Positions 18,376 to 28,274 of a stretch of DNA of 64,000 bases are shown here, one piece after another. The stretch is from an uncultured Alphaproteobacteria bacterium. GTDB taxonomy: Bacteria > Pseudomonadota > Alphaproteobacteria > Rickettsiales > JALZUV01. The notes beneath the pieces were generated by a model. It had not been told where the DNA came from. It saw nothing but the letters and a program-made list of their open reading frames with translations, and searched no databases. A program made the translations under genes and the position numbers. How positions within the stretch are numbered: position 1 is the first letter of the stretch; every line of letters starts with the position of its first letter. The stretch lies in NCBI GenBank assembly GCA_963837025.1, contig CAWILT010000002.1:705089-769088 (forward strand). Reading direction: 5' to 3'.

Positions 18376-18906
18376 ATGACCTTGCAGACAGATCTGCAGG
18401 ATGCGGTGGCGCGTGTTCAAACGGACAGCCATCTCCTGCACAACATTGTCCACGGCGATGACCAGACAGAAGTGCCAACCGACGGCGGGACTGTCAAAAG
18501 CGCCGCCAAAGCCATCAAGGATATGGAAGATACCATTCAGGCAGGGCTAACAGATCTTGGCGCATCTGCTGACCAACTGAATGAAGCAGTATCACAAACC
18601 GAAACCTATCGTGACGAGGCACAATCCTCTGCCCAGGAAGCCTTACAAACCGCCAATGCGCTCAACTTGCCGACCAATATCAATGGTCAGGCAGGAAAAT
18701 TGCTGGCGGTAAAACAAGCCGAAGACGGGTTTGAGGTGATTGAATCCGTGGGCGTGTTTTACGGCCTGCGTGCCGATGGGTCAAAGCTCACGGCCATCAC
18801 AGGGCAAGGCACATACAACGCCAATGATTTTGACGCGTGGTTTATCACGCTGCCGGGGGTGGATTTCAACATTAACGATGATGGTCACCTCATCATCAAT
18901 ATTTAA
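18376..18906 (+). CDS. Tail-fibre-associated protein, function unassigned
   Basis: 176 aa with AAGGA upstream, preceding the RCC1-repeat fibre gene. Confidence 0.45.
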   Translation: MTLQTDLQDAVARVQTDSHLLHNIVHGDDQTEVPTDGGTVKSAAKAIKDMEDTIQAGLTDLGASADQLNEAVSQTETYRDEAQSSAQEALQTANALNLPTNINGQAGKLLAVKQAEDGFEVIESVGVFYGLRADGSKLTAITGQGTYNANDFDAWFITLPGVDFNINDDGHLIINI

Positions 18907-18921
18907 AAAGGAAGTAAAAAC

Positions 18922-20586
18922 ATGACACAGATTGATTTGGGCAATATCCGCATAAACTGGCGCGGAGCCTATAACAGCGCTGGTAATTACGTGCGCCATG
19001 ATGCCGTTTCCTATCAGGGTTCAAGCTATATCGCCAAGCGTACTGTTTCAGCCGTTACACCCGTTCAAGGGGATGATTGGGATTTGATGGCAGCCGGTAC
19101 GGATCAGCTTTCCCAAGAAGGTGATCTGCTGATCCATAATGGCGCAATTCCTGTTCGTCTTGCCAGAGGCAATAATGCTCAAGTCTTGCAGATGGTGGAC
19201 AATCAACCTGCTTGGCGGGATCAATCTCTTGATCCATCCCGCCGTGTGTGGAAGCTCGCCAAGGTCAATGGTCTAGGCGGCTGGTACACGCGTGTTTATC
19301 TCATGGCTGATGGCACGATCAAAGCCTGTGGCTATGGTGGGAATTATTCTAATGGGGATTCAAATGGCTCTCATGTTTATACGCCAAAGCGTGTGGCAAC
19401 GGATAATCCTGATGTGCGCTTTGTCGATGTGTTCTCAGGCGGCATGCAGCATTATGCCTTAACCGCCGATGGTGAAGTCTGGTCATGGGGGTTTAACAAT
19501 TACGGACAGCTAGGACATGGCAATACCATTAATTTGGCGGTGGCCAAGCGTATTGAGTATTTTGTTCAAAACAATATCCAGATCGCCAAAGTTATCCCCG
19601 GTCGCCCGAATTATTACGATCATGCCTGCGCTTATTTCTTAACGACCGATGGGCGGGTTTATGCCTGCGGGATTAACAGTAACGGTAATCTAGGAAATGG
19701 TACATCCGCCAATCAATATACGCCCATTCGCTGTGGGGCATTGACCAATATTATTGATGTCGCGACTTCTGGTTTGCCGCATACGACATATGCTGTTCAA
19801 GATAACGGCTCACTCTGGGTCTGGGGCTATAATGGTTATGGACAACTTGGCCTAGGGGATACGACCAATCGGGAAACTCCCATTCTGCATCCCGCCTTTA
19901 ATAATGTGATCAAAGCCTTGCCATCTTGCGGGTATAACACCGCTGGCTCTGGCCCAACAGGTTCCGGTCTTGTTTTGTTAAGTGATGGCACATTGTGGAG
20001 CGCTGGTTTTAATGGCAATGGCGAGCTGGGCTTGGGTGATACAACGCAACGGACAAGTTTCACCCAAATCGCTCTACCTGCTGTTACCTTCACGGATATT
20101 TTTGTGGGTGATGGTCGTTATGCCAGCGGTGGCGGCATTACTGATCAAGGTGAAGTTTACCTGTGGGGTTATAACGGTTACGGCCAGTTGGGAACGGGGA
20201 ATTCAACCAACCAACTCTCCCCGCAAAAACCAGCAGGAAGTTTTCAAGGCAATGTGACCAAGGCCGCCTTTGGCGGTGGATGCAGCTATGAGGGCTGTAT
20301 TTTGCAAGCAGGTAACACACTCTGGGGCGCTGGGTATTCCGGCAATGCCAATCTGGGGATTAACAGCTTTGCCGCTACCAATAACACATTTCAACGTGTG
20401 CTTGGGCAATCTGGTGTGATCGAGGACTGGAATTGCTATGGGCAAGGCACAGCCTCATGGGGGCTTGGGGTTTTGTATGACGACGGGCGCGTGGATGCTT
20501 GTGGTGACAATAACTCCTACGGCGAAACAGGCACACAAGTCGGCAATCTGCATGATGTCGCCACATTAACTAATGTCATTTTCTAG
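18922..20586 (+). CDS. RCC1-repeat (seven-blade beta-propeller) tail fibre or receptor-binding protein
   Basis: Seven repeats of the RCC1 signature: NNYGQLGHGNT, NSNGNLGNGTS, NGYGQLGLGDT, NGNGELGLGDT, NGYGQLGTGNS, SGNANLGINSF and NNSYGETGTQ. The N-terminus is fibre-like: INWRGAYNSAGNYVRHDAVSYQGSSYIA. Confidence 0.8.
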   Translation: MTQIDLGNIRINWRGAYNSAGNYVRHDAVSYQGSSYIAKRTVSAVTPVQGDDWDLMAAGTDQLSQEGDLLIHNGAIPVRLARGNNAQVLQMVDNQPAWRDQSLDPSRRVWKLAKVNGLGGWYTRVYLMADGTIKACGYGGNYSNGDSNGSHVYTPKRVATDNPDVRFVDVFSGGMQHYALTADGEVWSWGFNNYGQLGHGNTINLAVAKRIEYFVQNNIQIAKVIPGRPNYYDHACAYFLTTDGRVYACGINSNGNLGNGTSANQYTPIRCGALTNIIDVATSGLPHTTYAVQDNGSLWVWGYNGYGQLGLGDTTNRETPILHPAFNNVIKALPSCGYNTAGSGPTGSGLVLLSDGTLWSAGFNGNGELGLGDTTQRTSFTQIALPAVTFTDIFVGDGRYASGGGITDQGEVYLWGYNGYGQLGTGNSTNQLSPQKPAGSFQGNVTKAAFGGGCSYEGCILQAGNTLWGAGYSGNANLGINSFAATNNTFQRVLGQSGVIEDWNCYGQGTASWGLGVLYDDGRVDACGDNNSYGETGTQVGNLHDVATLTNVIF

Positions 20587-20595
20587 GAGGCTTTT

Positions 20596-21054
20596 ATGAA
20601 TCTCAAATCTTATTTGCAGACCCGCGCGCCAGTTTTTACCGAAAGTGAAATCGCACCCATTCATCTGGCTGATCTGAACGGACGCCATTATTACGCTTTT
20701 GCCGAGGATGTCACCCCACCATCGGGTGGCAAGGCTGTGCCTGATAACAAGCTGAAGGACGTTATTTCAAACAGCCAGTTGATCCGCCAGATCAAGGAAG
20801 AAGCCGGACGACGCATCACCGATATTGCGCCCATGTGGAAACAGCAAAATGCGCTGGCTGATTTATATCTGTTGGGAGATCGCACAGATTTGACGGACGC
20901 AGAACAGGAAACCCTCACCAAAGCGCAAGATTTACTGGCGCAGGTGCAAGTTCTGCGTGAGCGTTCTAACGCCATCGAAGCCTCATTCCTGAACGGTGTG
21001 GCGGTGGATTATCTGACCGATAAAGCATGGGAGGATGAGCCTCATGCCGAATAA
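20596..21054 (+). CDS. Putative tail-fibre assembly chaperone
   Basis: 152 aa directly after the fibre gene. The IAPMWKQQNALAD segment resembles fibre-chaperone domains. Confidence 0.4.
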   Translation: MNLKSYLQTRAPVFTESEIAPIHLADLNGRHYYAFAEDVTPPSGGKAVPDNKLKDVISNSQLIRQIKEEAGRRITDIAPMWKQQNALADLYLLGDRTDLTDAEQETLTKAQDLLAQVQVLRERSNAIEASFLNGVAVDYLTDKAWEDEPHAE

Positions 21055-21586
21055 TGCTTTATCAGAAGCCTTGCGTGAGGCCTATGCCTCTGCGCCCAGT
21101 GATGTCGTAATTTTACACACGCTGGAGCTGCGCCATCCGTCCTTTATCGATGATGATGACCAGCCGATGGCCATTCGGGTGGTGCGGGACAATCAGAATT
21201 TGACCGCCCGCATGGAGGCAACAGCTCCATTAAATGCCGGTGAAAAGGTGGAGTTTATCGCCATGGGGTTTGATTTAGAATTACCGCCTGTTGATACTGC
21301 GCCTGTGCCAGAAATTTCCATCACGCTGGATAATGTCAGCCGTGAAATTGTGACGCATTTAGATCGTGCTGCGGAAAGTCAGGACAAAATCGAAATCACT
21401 TATCGCCCGTATTTATCGGATGATTTGGAAGGGCCGCAAATAGACCCGCCATTTACGTTAGTGTTGACGGAAGTCAGTGCCGATGCCTCCCGCGTCACCG
21501 GCAAAGCCCGCATGCTTGATGTCGGGAATAAAGCTTTTCCGTCGGAAACATATAACGCTTTACGTTTTGCAGGGCTGACGCGATGA
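21035..21586 (+). CDS. DUF1833-like minor tail protein (in the gpL position)
   Basis: 183 aa. The N-terminal ...SDVVILHTLELRHPSF... pattern is followed by an NlpC/P60 (gpK-like) gene, as in lambda-like tail-tip modules. Confidence 0.55.
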   Translation: MSLMPNNALSEALREAYASAPSDVVILHTLELRHPSFIDDDDQPMAIRVVRDNQNLTARMEATAPLNAGEKVEFIAMGFDLELPPVDTAPVPEISITLDNVSREIVTHLDRAAESQDKIEITYRPYLSDDLEGPQIDPPFTLVLTEVSADASRVTGKARMLDVGNKAFPSETYNALRFAGLTR

Positions 21587-21711
21587 CACATTGGGCAACA
21601 GACTATATCGGCAAGCCATGGGTTGTCGCATCGGACGGTCCTGAGGCGTATGACTGCTGGGGCTTGGTGGTGGCAATCCATAACCCAGCAAGGCGGCACA
21701 TATGCTCGTAA
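21583..21711 (+). pseudogene. N-terminal stub of a gpK-like NlpC/P60 tail protein
   Basis: The stub reads MTHWATDYIGKPWVVASDGPEAYDCWGLVVAIH, including the catalytic-Cys context DCWGL. Similarity then stops near 21685. There is an ATGA overlap with the upstream gene. Confidence 0.6.
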
Positions 21712-22001
21712 TGAGCGCTTTCATCGGTGCGCTGGAAACGCCCCCATCTGGAAACGTCATAAACAAGCAATAATGAAAAATCGAGCTCAGCTTCTCTGTT
21801 CTTAACGTCAGAAATCAGCTTTTGAAAAGAATTGCGTCCCGTGGCCACAACACCGCTTTTACCCTCATCAGCGTAGGCGCGAACAATCTCAATGCCGTTA
21901 TTATCGGCATAATTGCGTATGAGCTTTTCTTGAATTTCTGTTGAGCATTCCTGCCTTGGGTCTGACATCCGTAAATACATCGCTGCTTTACGCCCAGCCA
22001 T
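21685..22001 (-). pseudogene. N-terminal fragment (resolvase domain only) of a large serine recombinase
   Basis: The fragment reads MAGRKAAMYLRMSDPRQECS...YADEGKSGVVATGRNSFQKLISDV...LLLVYDVSRWGRFQRTDESAHYEHMCRLAG. The ORF then reads through into the antisense of the gpK stub. Confidence 0.8.
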
Positions 22002-22141
22002 GTTGAGATTCCAGTTTTTTCTACTGTCGTTATGCACGTTTTTATTCCCGCCATTAAATAAATCATAGCTCTCCCTCTCGGTCTTTTTAGGCCGAGAGCC
22101 GAAAATTGTTCTCTTCACATTGTAAAGAAAGGAACAATTCA

Positions 22142-22720
22142 ATGTCATTAATGGAAAACGGGTCAAATGGCTCAACTAAACACAAGAAGTATATCGTTAC
22201 GCAGATTGCCAAAATATTGCGGGAGGATTATAAAAGTTCAGGGTCAGCAATAAAGTGGATCGCCCGTCATACTGGGGCATCTGAACATGCAGTGCGAAAC
22301 TGGTATGACGCAGCAAGAGAGCCAAGCATCGAGAATTTCATTTCGTTGACTAAAGCATCTCCTAGGCTGATCCAATGGTTTTTAAGCCAAGTAGGGAGAG
22401 AAGATTTAGCTCACCTGATACATAAACAAAATCAGGCTGGAAAATCATCTGTCATAATGCATGGCGTGCATTTAGATCGTCTCATTTTTGAGACAAACCA
22501 CCCAAGCCAGACACTGATAAAAATGCAAAAATTAACGCTCCGACAATTATGGTTTTATTCTGGAATAAAAGAAGGGCACAAGTTAAATCCCCATGATCTG
22601 ATTTCAAATTTTGGCATTGGACGTGCAACTGCATATCGGGATATTAAAGAGCTGTGTGAACTCGGTCTTATCTGCAAAATCGGAAGTGATCGTAATGAAT
22701 ATTACACGGTCATGGTATAA
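22142..22720 (+). CDS. Double-HTH DNA-binding protein, divergent from the recombinase stub
   Basis: IARHTGASEHAVRNWY and GIGRATAYRDIKELCELGLI segments. The ATG at 22142 has AAGGAA upstream. Confidence 0.5.
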   Translation: MSLMENGSNGSTKHKKYIVTQIAKILREDYKSSGSAIKWIARHTGASEHAVRNWYDAAREPSIENFISLTKASPRLIQWFLSQVGREDLAHLIHKQNQAGKSSVIMHGVHLDRLIFETNHPSQTLIKMQKLTLRQLWFYSGIKEGHKLNPHDLISNFGIGRATAYRDIKELCELGLICKIGSDRNEYYTVMV

Positions 22721-22965
22721 ACAATAACGCTGGAAAGGGTGCTCTCAATTCGTAATCATTTAGAGTGTTCGTTTCGGTGTAACGCATACACAACCATTTC
22801 AACTAATATTTAGATTGCTTTGCTGCTTGAGATAGAGTGATTTAAGCCACTTTAAGCTAATACAAGAAGTGGTCAGTTAAGCACAGTTAGTATTCCAAGT
22901 AACATGCTATGGGAAAAAATAAAAAATTTAATACTTTTTTAAACACATTTTTATATATTCATAAT

Positions 22966-23772
22966 ATGAAATATGGTTTTACACTACTTGAACTTTCAAT
23001 AGTTTTAGTAATCATCGGTTTAATAATTGGAGGGGTAGTAGCCGGAAGCTCTTTAATTGAAGCTGCCAAGGTAAACTCTCAAGTTGCGCAAATTAACAAA
23101 CTTGATGTTGGTGTTGTAGCATTTAAACTGAAATATAATGGACTGCCAGGTGATTTAAAGAACGCAGTACAATACCAAATTCATGGTGGTTCGCATTGCA
23201 ATGACCAAAATGGTAATGGCGATGGAGTAATAGCATATGTTGGACAAAGTTCTCCTGGCATTTTTGAAGGTGAGCCATTAGCATTTAATGCTCAACTCAA
23301 TCGCAGCAAAATTGCGCCTGATATACCTTTTATTGCGAATTGTAGTGCCTCTGAATTGCAAATAGGTAAAGATTTTATTGAGAGTAAGATTAAAGACAAC
23401 GTTGGAATAACTGCAGCTTCAATTAATGGTAAAAACGGATTTTATATAGGGCTCAATGGTGGATGTGATGGAACTGTAGGCGGTGCCACATGTTATAATT
23501 TATTTCGTTATACATATAAAAACGGTGTTTCTAGACAACATAGTATTAATCCATCACAAAGTTATATTCTTGATGTAAAGATGGATGATGGCATGCCTAA
23601 TTTAGGTAGAGTTAAAGCTGCTGTATTTGGTTCATCAAACACTTTAGTTTTGCAATCCGGTGATGGAAGCGATTGTCTCAAAAATGCAATTAGCGGGCAA
23701 ATTAACGACAGAGTCTACAATGTAAGCAACATTTCAGACACTTGCAATTTATGGATTGATGCGGGTTTTTAA
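22966..23772 (+). CDS. Prepilin-type N-terminal cleavage/methylation domain protein (pilin or pseudopilin paralog 1)
   Basis: MKYG|FTLLELSIVLVIIGLIIGG leader, plus the shared family motifs KYNGLPGDLKNA, NGNGDG and KMDDGMPNLG. Confidence 0.8.
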   Translation: MKYGFTLLELSIVLVIIGLIIGGVVAGSSLIEAAKVNSQVAQINKLDVGVVAFKLKYNGLPGDLKNAVQYQIHGGSHCNDQNGNGDGVIAYVGQSSPGIFEGEPLAFNAQLNRSKIAPDIPFIANCSASELQIGKDFIESKIKDNVGITAASINGKNGFYIGLNGGCDGTVGGATCYNLFRYTYKNGVSRQHSINPSQSYILDVKMDDGMPNLGRVKAAVFGSSNTLVLQSGDGSDCLKNAISGQINDRVYNVSNISDTCNLWIDAGF

Positions 23773-24029
23773 AATTGGAAAATATTTATTAAATATACTC
23801 TAAATGCAAATAAAGTAAAAAAATAATCTGCCTAGTAACTATAAGATTTTAACCTCTTGAATGTAGTATTCTAAAGTAAACAAACCTTCAATAAAATTTT
23901 AAGTATAGAAAATATATTATTGCTCTGCAAAATCACAACACTATTTTTATTGCTTGGAATTGGGTGTGATGCGGTTTATAACGCCTTATCAATCAAACCG
24001 TTAGTCTGTTTTGAGAAAGAAAAGATAAT

Positions 24030-24855
24030 ATGGGCGTTTCAAAGCTATTTCCTAAAATGGTTGGTGGGTTTTTAAAGATGTTCCCGCACGATTATGCAAC
24101 CAAAATTGCGCGTAATGTGCGCCATGAATTACACCCCTATCGCAAGGAATTACAGCATTTTACGTCCCCGCGTGGCAATATTTATGTATCGGGCGTTCGC
24201 CGTTCGCTCAATATGGATAATGATCTTACCCAATTCGAGCCGGAAACTATCCGCTGGATTGATACCCATTTCAAGGGTGGCGATTGCGTGTGGGATATTG
24301 GCGCAAATGTAGGCTTATATTCAAGCTATATCGTAAAAATTCCCGATATTACGCTCATATCTTTCGAGCCCCACTCGGCTACCCACACCGATTTATTTGA
24401 GAATGTAATGCAGAATAATGAAGCAGGTAATAAAAATAATTTTTCCTTTAAATATGGCGCTGGGTTCAGATGAACGTATTATTGGCATGCCGATTGATTC
24501 GCTTGAATCAGGCTATACCAGCTCTACTTTCTCAAAGAGAATTTATGCTGCAAACCAGATGACGCAACCGGTACTCACCATGTCAGGCGACACATTCTCG
24601 CACATGTATCAGCAAGCTCCAACCCATATTAAAATTGATGTAGATGGAGCTGAAATTGATGTGCTTAAAGGCTTAACAGAAGTGTTCAAAACGACGGCTA
24701 CTTTATTAATAGAGGTGGAAGATGATTTGGTGGAGCAGTTTGATGCAATTATGCAAGAATATATTTTACCTTCGGGCCTCATATTATGCCCCATACGAGA
24801 GCCGCATTCAAAACGTATGAAATTCTTTTCGCAAAATAAAACGGACAGCCTTTAA
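24030..24855 (+). pseudogene. FkbM-family methyltransferase, frameshifted
   Basis: WDIGANVGLYS...SFEPHS is in frame 24030, while ...FPLNMALGSDER...IKIDVDGAEIDVLKG is in frame 24418. The switch lies at the A5/T5 runs at 24432-24444. The total length of 826 nt is not a multiple of 3. Confidence 0.75.
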
Positions 24856-26144
24856 TGGCAGAAACTTCCGCGCCGAATTTACGGGTAAAAATCGGACGGT
24901 TATCGCATATGGCGGAGGGCATAGCAGTAGTAAATGGCCAAACGCAGTTTGTATCGCGCACATGCCCTGATGAAGAAGTCGAGATTAAGTTGCATCACGG
25001 TAAAGCTACTTTAGAACGCGTGATTACCGCATCGCCCCAGCGCAAACCAGCCGACTGCATCCATTATCATGCGTGCGGTGGTTGTAGTTTACAGCATTTA
25101 AACGAGGCGGCTTATAACACATTTAAGCGCGATGTGGTGCGCGATAAATTGCGTGAATTAGACTGCGATGATGCTGTATTACAGCCCACTATAAAGGGCG
25201 CATATCATACGCGCCGTCGTGCAGAATTTAAATTAGTAAAACAAAAAGGCACGTTGCTGCTAGGTTTTTATCAGGCGCAAAGCCACCAGATTGTTGATAT
25301 TGAGCAATGCCTTACTATTGCGCCCTTAATGCTTGAGGCAATACATGCGCTTAAGCCATATTTACTCACCTTAAAAAAGCCAGCGCGGATTGAATCTATT
25401 TCGGTAACGCATTTGCCCAATGGGCTTGATGTAAACATGCATGTCAAACAACCGCTTTTGCCGCAAGATCGTGAAAAACTAACCGCTCATGCCGCCGCGC
25501 AAAAATGGGTGCGATTGATTGAGCAATTTTCAGAAGATAATATTGTTACGCCGCTTTATGACACAAACCAAGCGAGCATTCATTTCGGCGATAGTCGTGT
25601 CGACTTGCCCCCTAATGCGTTTCTACAAGCGACTGCCCACGGGCAAGAGGCTATCACGCAATTGGTGCTGGATTATTTGCGCGATGCCCGTCACGTGGTG
25701 GATTTATATGCGGGCTGTGGCACCTATAGCTTTGCACTTATGGCAGAAGGTAAAACCATTAGCGCATATGAGGGTGAAAATGCCATGGTTGCCGCCTTTC
25801 ATAATGCATTGCATCGCAATAATTTAGATATGCAGCACCACGTGCATTGCCGCGATTTATATTTAAATCCCCTCACAATCAAAGAATTAATGCCTTATGA
25901 TGCGGTGGTAATCAATCCGCCACGAAATGGCGCATTGCCTCAAGTGAAGCAATTGGCGCATAGCGAGGCTAATCGCATCGTTATGGTATCGTGCAACCCG
26001 CAAACCTTTGCACGCGACGCGCAACATCTAATCCAGTACGGATTCGCGCTCGCATCCGTTACGCCAATTGACCAATTCTACCAAACACCCCATCTTGAAT
26101 TAGTGGCTTGTTTTGAGAAGTTACCGCTTTTATTTCACCCTTAA
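24855..26144 (+). CDS. RumA/TrmA-family RNA (uracil-5)-methyltransferase
   Basis: TRAM-like N-terminus, an Fe-S Cys cluster (CIHYHACGGCSLQH), the SAM motif VDLYAGCGTYS, and the C-terminal VSCNPQTFARD. Confidence 0.85.
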   Translation: MAETSAPNLRVKIGRLSHMAEGIAVVNGQTQFVSRTCPDEEVEIKLHHGKATLERVITASPQRKPADCIHYHACGGCSLQHLNEAAYNTFKRDVVRDKLRELDCDDAVLQPTIKGAYHTRRRAEFKLVKQKGTLLLGFYQAQSHQIVDIEQCLTIAPLMLEAIHALKPYLLTLKKPARIESISVTHLPNGLDVNMHVKQPLLPQDREKLTAHAAAQKWVRLIEQFSEDNIVTPLYDTNQASIHFGDSRVDLPPNAFLQATAHGQEAITQLVLDYLRDARHVVDLYAGCGTYSFALMAEGKTISAYEGENAMVAAFHNALHRNNLDMQHHVHCRDLYLNPLTIKELMPYDAVVINPPRNGALPQVKQLAHSEANRIVMVSCNPQTFARDAQHLIQYGFALASVTPIDQFYQTPHLELVACFEKLPLLFHP

Positions 26145-26161
26145 ACACGTAAGATGCGGCT

Positions 26162-28216
26162 ATGAAAATGCATCCATTCAATGCACTAATTTTGTTATTA
26201 GGGCTAGCTTTATTAAGCTTAGCACAGCCACTGGCTGCTCAAGATGCATCCTTTAAAAGCAATTTGAAAAATTGGGAAAAAACGATTGATAATATTGATC
26301 GTAATGTGAATGCGGATAATCTTAATCAAGATGAAATTGATAATTACCGCGATGATTTGCGGGCAATTAAAAATCAAGCATCTGAGCAGATAAAGCAATC
26401 GCAATCTATTTTAGCAACTAAGCAAGGTTTGCTTAGTGCCTTAGGCAATGTGCCAGCAGAAGGCGATATTGAAGAGAACGCATATGTGCGTCAGGAGCGT
26501 AAATCGCTCAATGATGAAATACGCGATATTGACTCGCGCATGAAACAATCGAATTTAATACAAAGCCGCGTGCAAAACTTACAAGATAGTTTAAATCGGA
26601 ATCAATCATTTGAAAAACGGCAGGAATTATTTAGCCGCGATTTAACATTATATAGCTTTAATTTTATCCCAACCATTTACCAAGAACTTTCCGATTTAAA
26701 ATCGTCAAGCATTTGGTGGACGCCTATATTAACGGGCGCATCAGTTTTATTTTTTATGACATTAGCATATATTTTTCGGCCAAGTCTATTACGAGCGCTG
26801 GTTGAAAATATTCCGCTAGGCCATAGATTGCCCGCCTCAGCAACAATCATCTATATTGCGCTATTTAGTGCTATTATTTTAGCAATATTACGTTTTAAAG
26901 TTATTTCACAACCGCTGCCCGATACTTTATTTTTAGTGCGTTTTGTAGCGTCATTGTTTTTGGCTATTAGTACCTTTTATTTACTAAAACGTGCTAAACA
27001 GAGTGAATCTCAGTTGGATGAAAGCACTCCAATAATGCTTAAGCGAATGCGCATATGGAGCGGTTTTATTACCCTTTTACAAATTGCAGCGGTATCAGCT
27101 ATACCTTCTGCATTATTTGGCTATGTAAATTTTGCACAATTTTTTGCATTTGCAAGTTTTATGACGCTTGCCAGCATCTCGCTCTTTTTCATCTTGCGAT
27201 TGGCTGCAGAATGGGTGCATAAACGGTTAAAAGGCACGCATACTCAAGCAAATCCGGATAATTTATCACCCTTAAGTGTATCGGTGGTTGAACCCATTTT
27301 TGCCATTGGCTGCTTAGCACTCGCCACGCATTTTTGGGGCTATGGCATTTACCGTGTAGGCCGCTGGGCAGAACAATATGAAGATGGCATTCCGATTGGA
27401 AATATAACGTTAAATGTAACGGATTTAATTACGGGCATCATCGTATTTGTGGTGTTTATTGCTTTAACACGGCTCATCCAATGGTTTATGGGTAGCCGCG
27501 TTTTTGTGCATACCGCACTCAATAGCGGCGTTAAAGATGCCATTATTGCTTTAACGGGTTATGCGGGCATTACCATCGGCATCTTTGCGGGGCTTACCAC
27601 CACTGGTTTAGACATGTCCAATTTAGCTATTATCGCCGGTGCGCTTTCGGTGGGGATTGGTTTTGGCTTACAAGCCATTTTCAGCAATTTTGTATCTGGC
27701 TTAATCTTGTTTTTTGAGCGCCCCATTAAAGTGGGCGACTGGGTAATTGTTGGGCAAAATCAAGGCTTCGTGAAAAAAATTCGTGTGCGCTCAACCGAGA
27801 TTGAGACCTTTCAAAACGCCTCCATCATGATTCCCAATTCACAATTTATCAGCGAAGCAGTCACCAACTGGACGTTAAATGATGCGGTTGGCCGCATCGA
27901 AGTGATTGTGGGCGTGGCCTACGGTTCCGATGTCGATAAAGTGCGCGATTTGATGGTGAAAATTGCCTCACAAAATAAAGACCTGCGTAAGCGCCCCGAG
28001 CCGCTTGTGCTGTTTAAAGATTTTGGCGATAGCGCGTTGATATTTGAATTACGCTGCTTCTTGAAAGACATTAAACTCACTGCCATCGTTGCAAGCGATT
28101 TGCGTTATGGCATTGAAAAGGCTTTCCGCGAGCATCAAATCAGCATTCCATTCCCGCAGCGCGATTTGCATATTGTGCAATCGGTACCGTTTGAAGTAAA
28201 AAAACCGCGCTCTTAA
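26162..28216 (+). CDS. MscK/KefA-like mechanosensitive channel
   Basis: Signal peptide, coiled-coil region, multiple transmembrane segments and the MscS core GALSVGIGFGLQAIFSNFVSGLILFFERPIKVGDWV. Confidence 0.85.
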   Translation: MKMHPFNALILLLGLALLSLAQPLAAQDASFKSNLKNWEKTIDNIDRNVNADNLNQDEIDNYRDDLRAIKNQASEQIKQSQSILATKQGLLSALGNVPAEGDIEENAYVRQERKSLNDEIRDIDSRMKQSNLIQSRVQNLQDSLNRNQSFEKRQELFSRDLTLYSFNFIPTIYQELSDLKSSSIWWTPILTGASVLFFMTLAYIFRPSLLRALVENIPLGHRLPASATIIYIALFSAIILAILRFKVISQPLPDTLFLVRFVASLFLAISTFYLLKRAKQSESQLDESTPIMLKRMRIWSGFITLLQIAAVSAIPSALFGYVNFAQFFAFASFMTLASISLFFILRLAAEWVHKRLKGTHTQANPDNLSPLSVSVVEPIFAIGCLALATHFWGYGIYRVGRWAEQYEDGIPIGNITLNVTDLITGIIVFVVFIALTRLIQWFMGSRVFVHTALNSGVKDAIIALTGYAGITIGIFAGLTTTGLDMSNLAIIAGALSVGIGFGLQAIFSNFVSGLILFFERPIKVGDWVIVGQNQGFVKKIRVRSTEIETFQNASIMIPNSQFISEAVTNWTLNDAVGRIEVIVGVAYGSDVDKVRDLMVKIASQNKDLRKRPEPLVLFKDFGDSALIFELRCFLKDIKLTAIVASDLRYGIEKAFREHQISIPFPQRDLHIVQSVPFEVKKPRS

Positions 28217-28274
28217 CCTTTTAGTTACTTATTTGCGCTATCGTTAAACTATGAACAAACGGATAATGTGCAAA

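Larger units (their letters stand above)
1..22720 (+). mobile_element. Decayed lambda-like siphovirus prophage. The left end is outside the window; the right side ends at a truncated serine recombinase plus an HTH gene.
   Basis: Collinear lambda-type morphogenesis order (TerS, gpA-type TerL, gpW, gpB portal, S49 protease, gpD-like, gpE-like capsid, tube, G/GT with slippery site, tape measure, DUF1833, NlpC/P60 stub). Visibly higher GC than the flanking chromosome. Several structural genes are disrupted. Confidence 0.8.
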
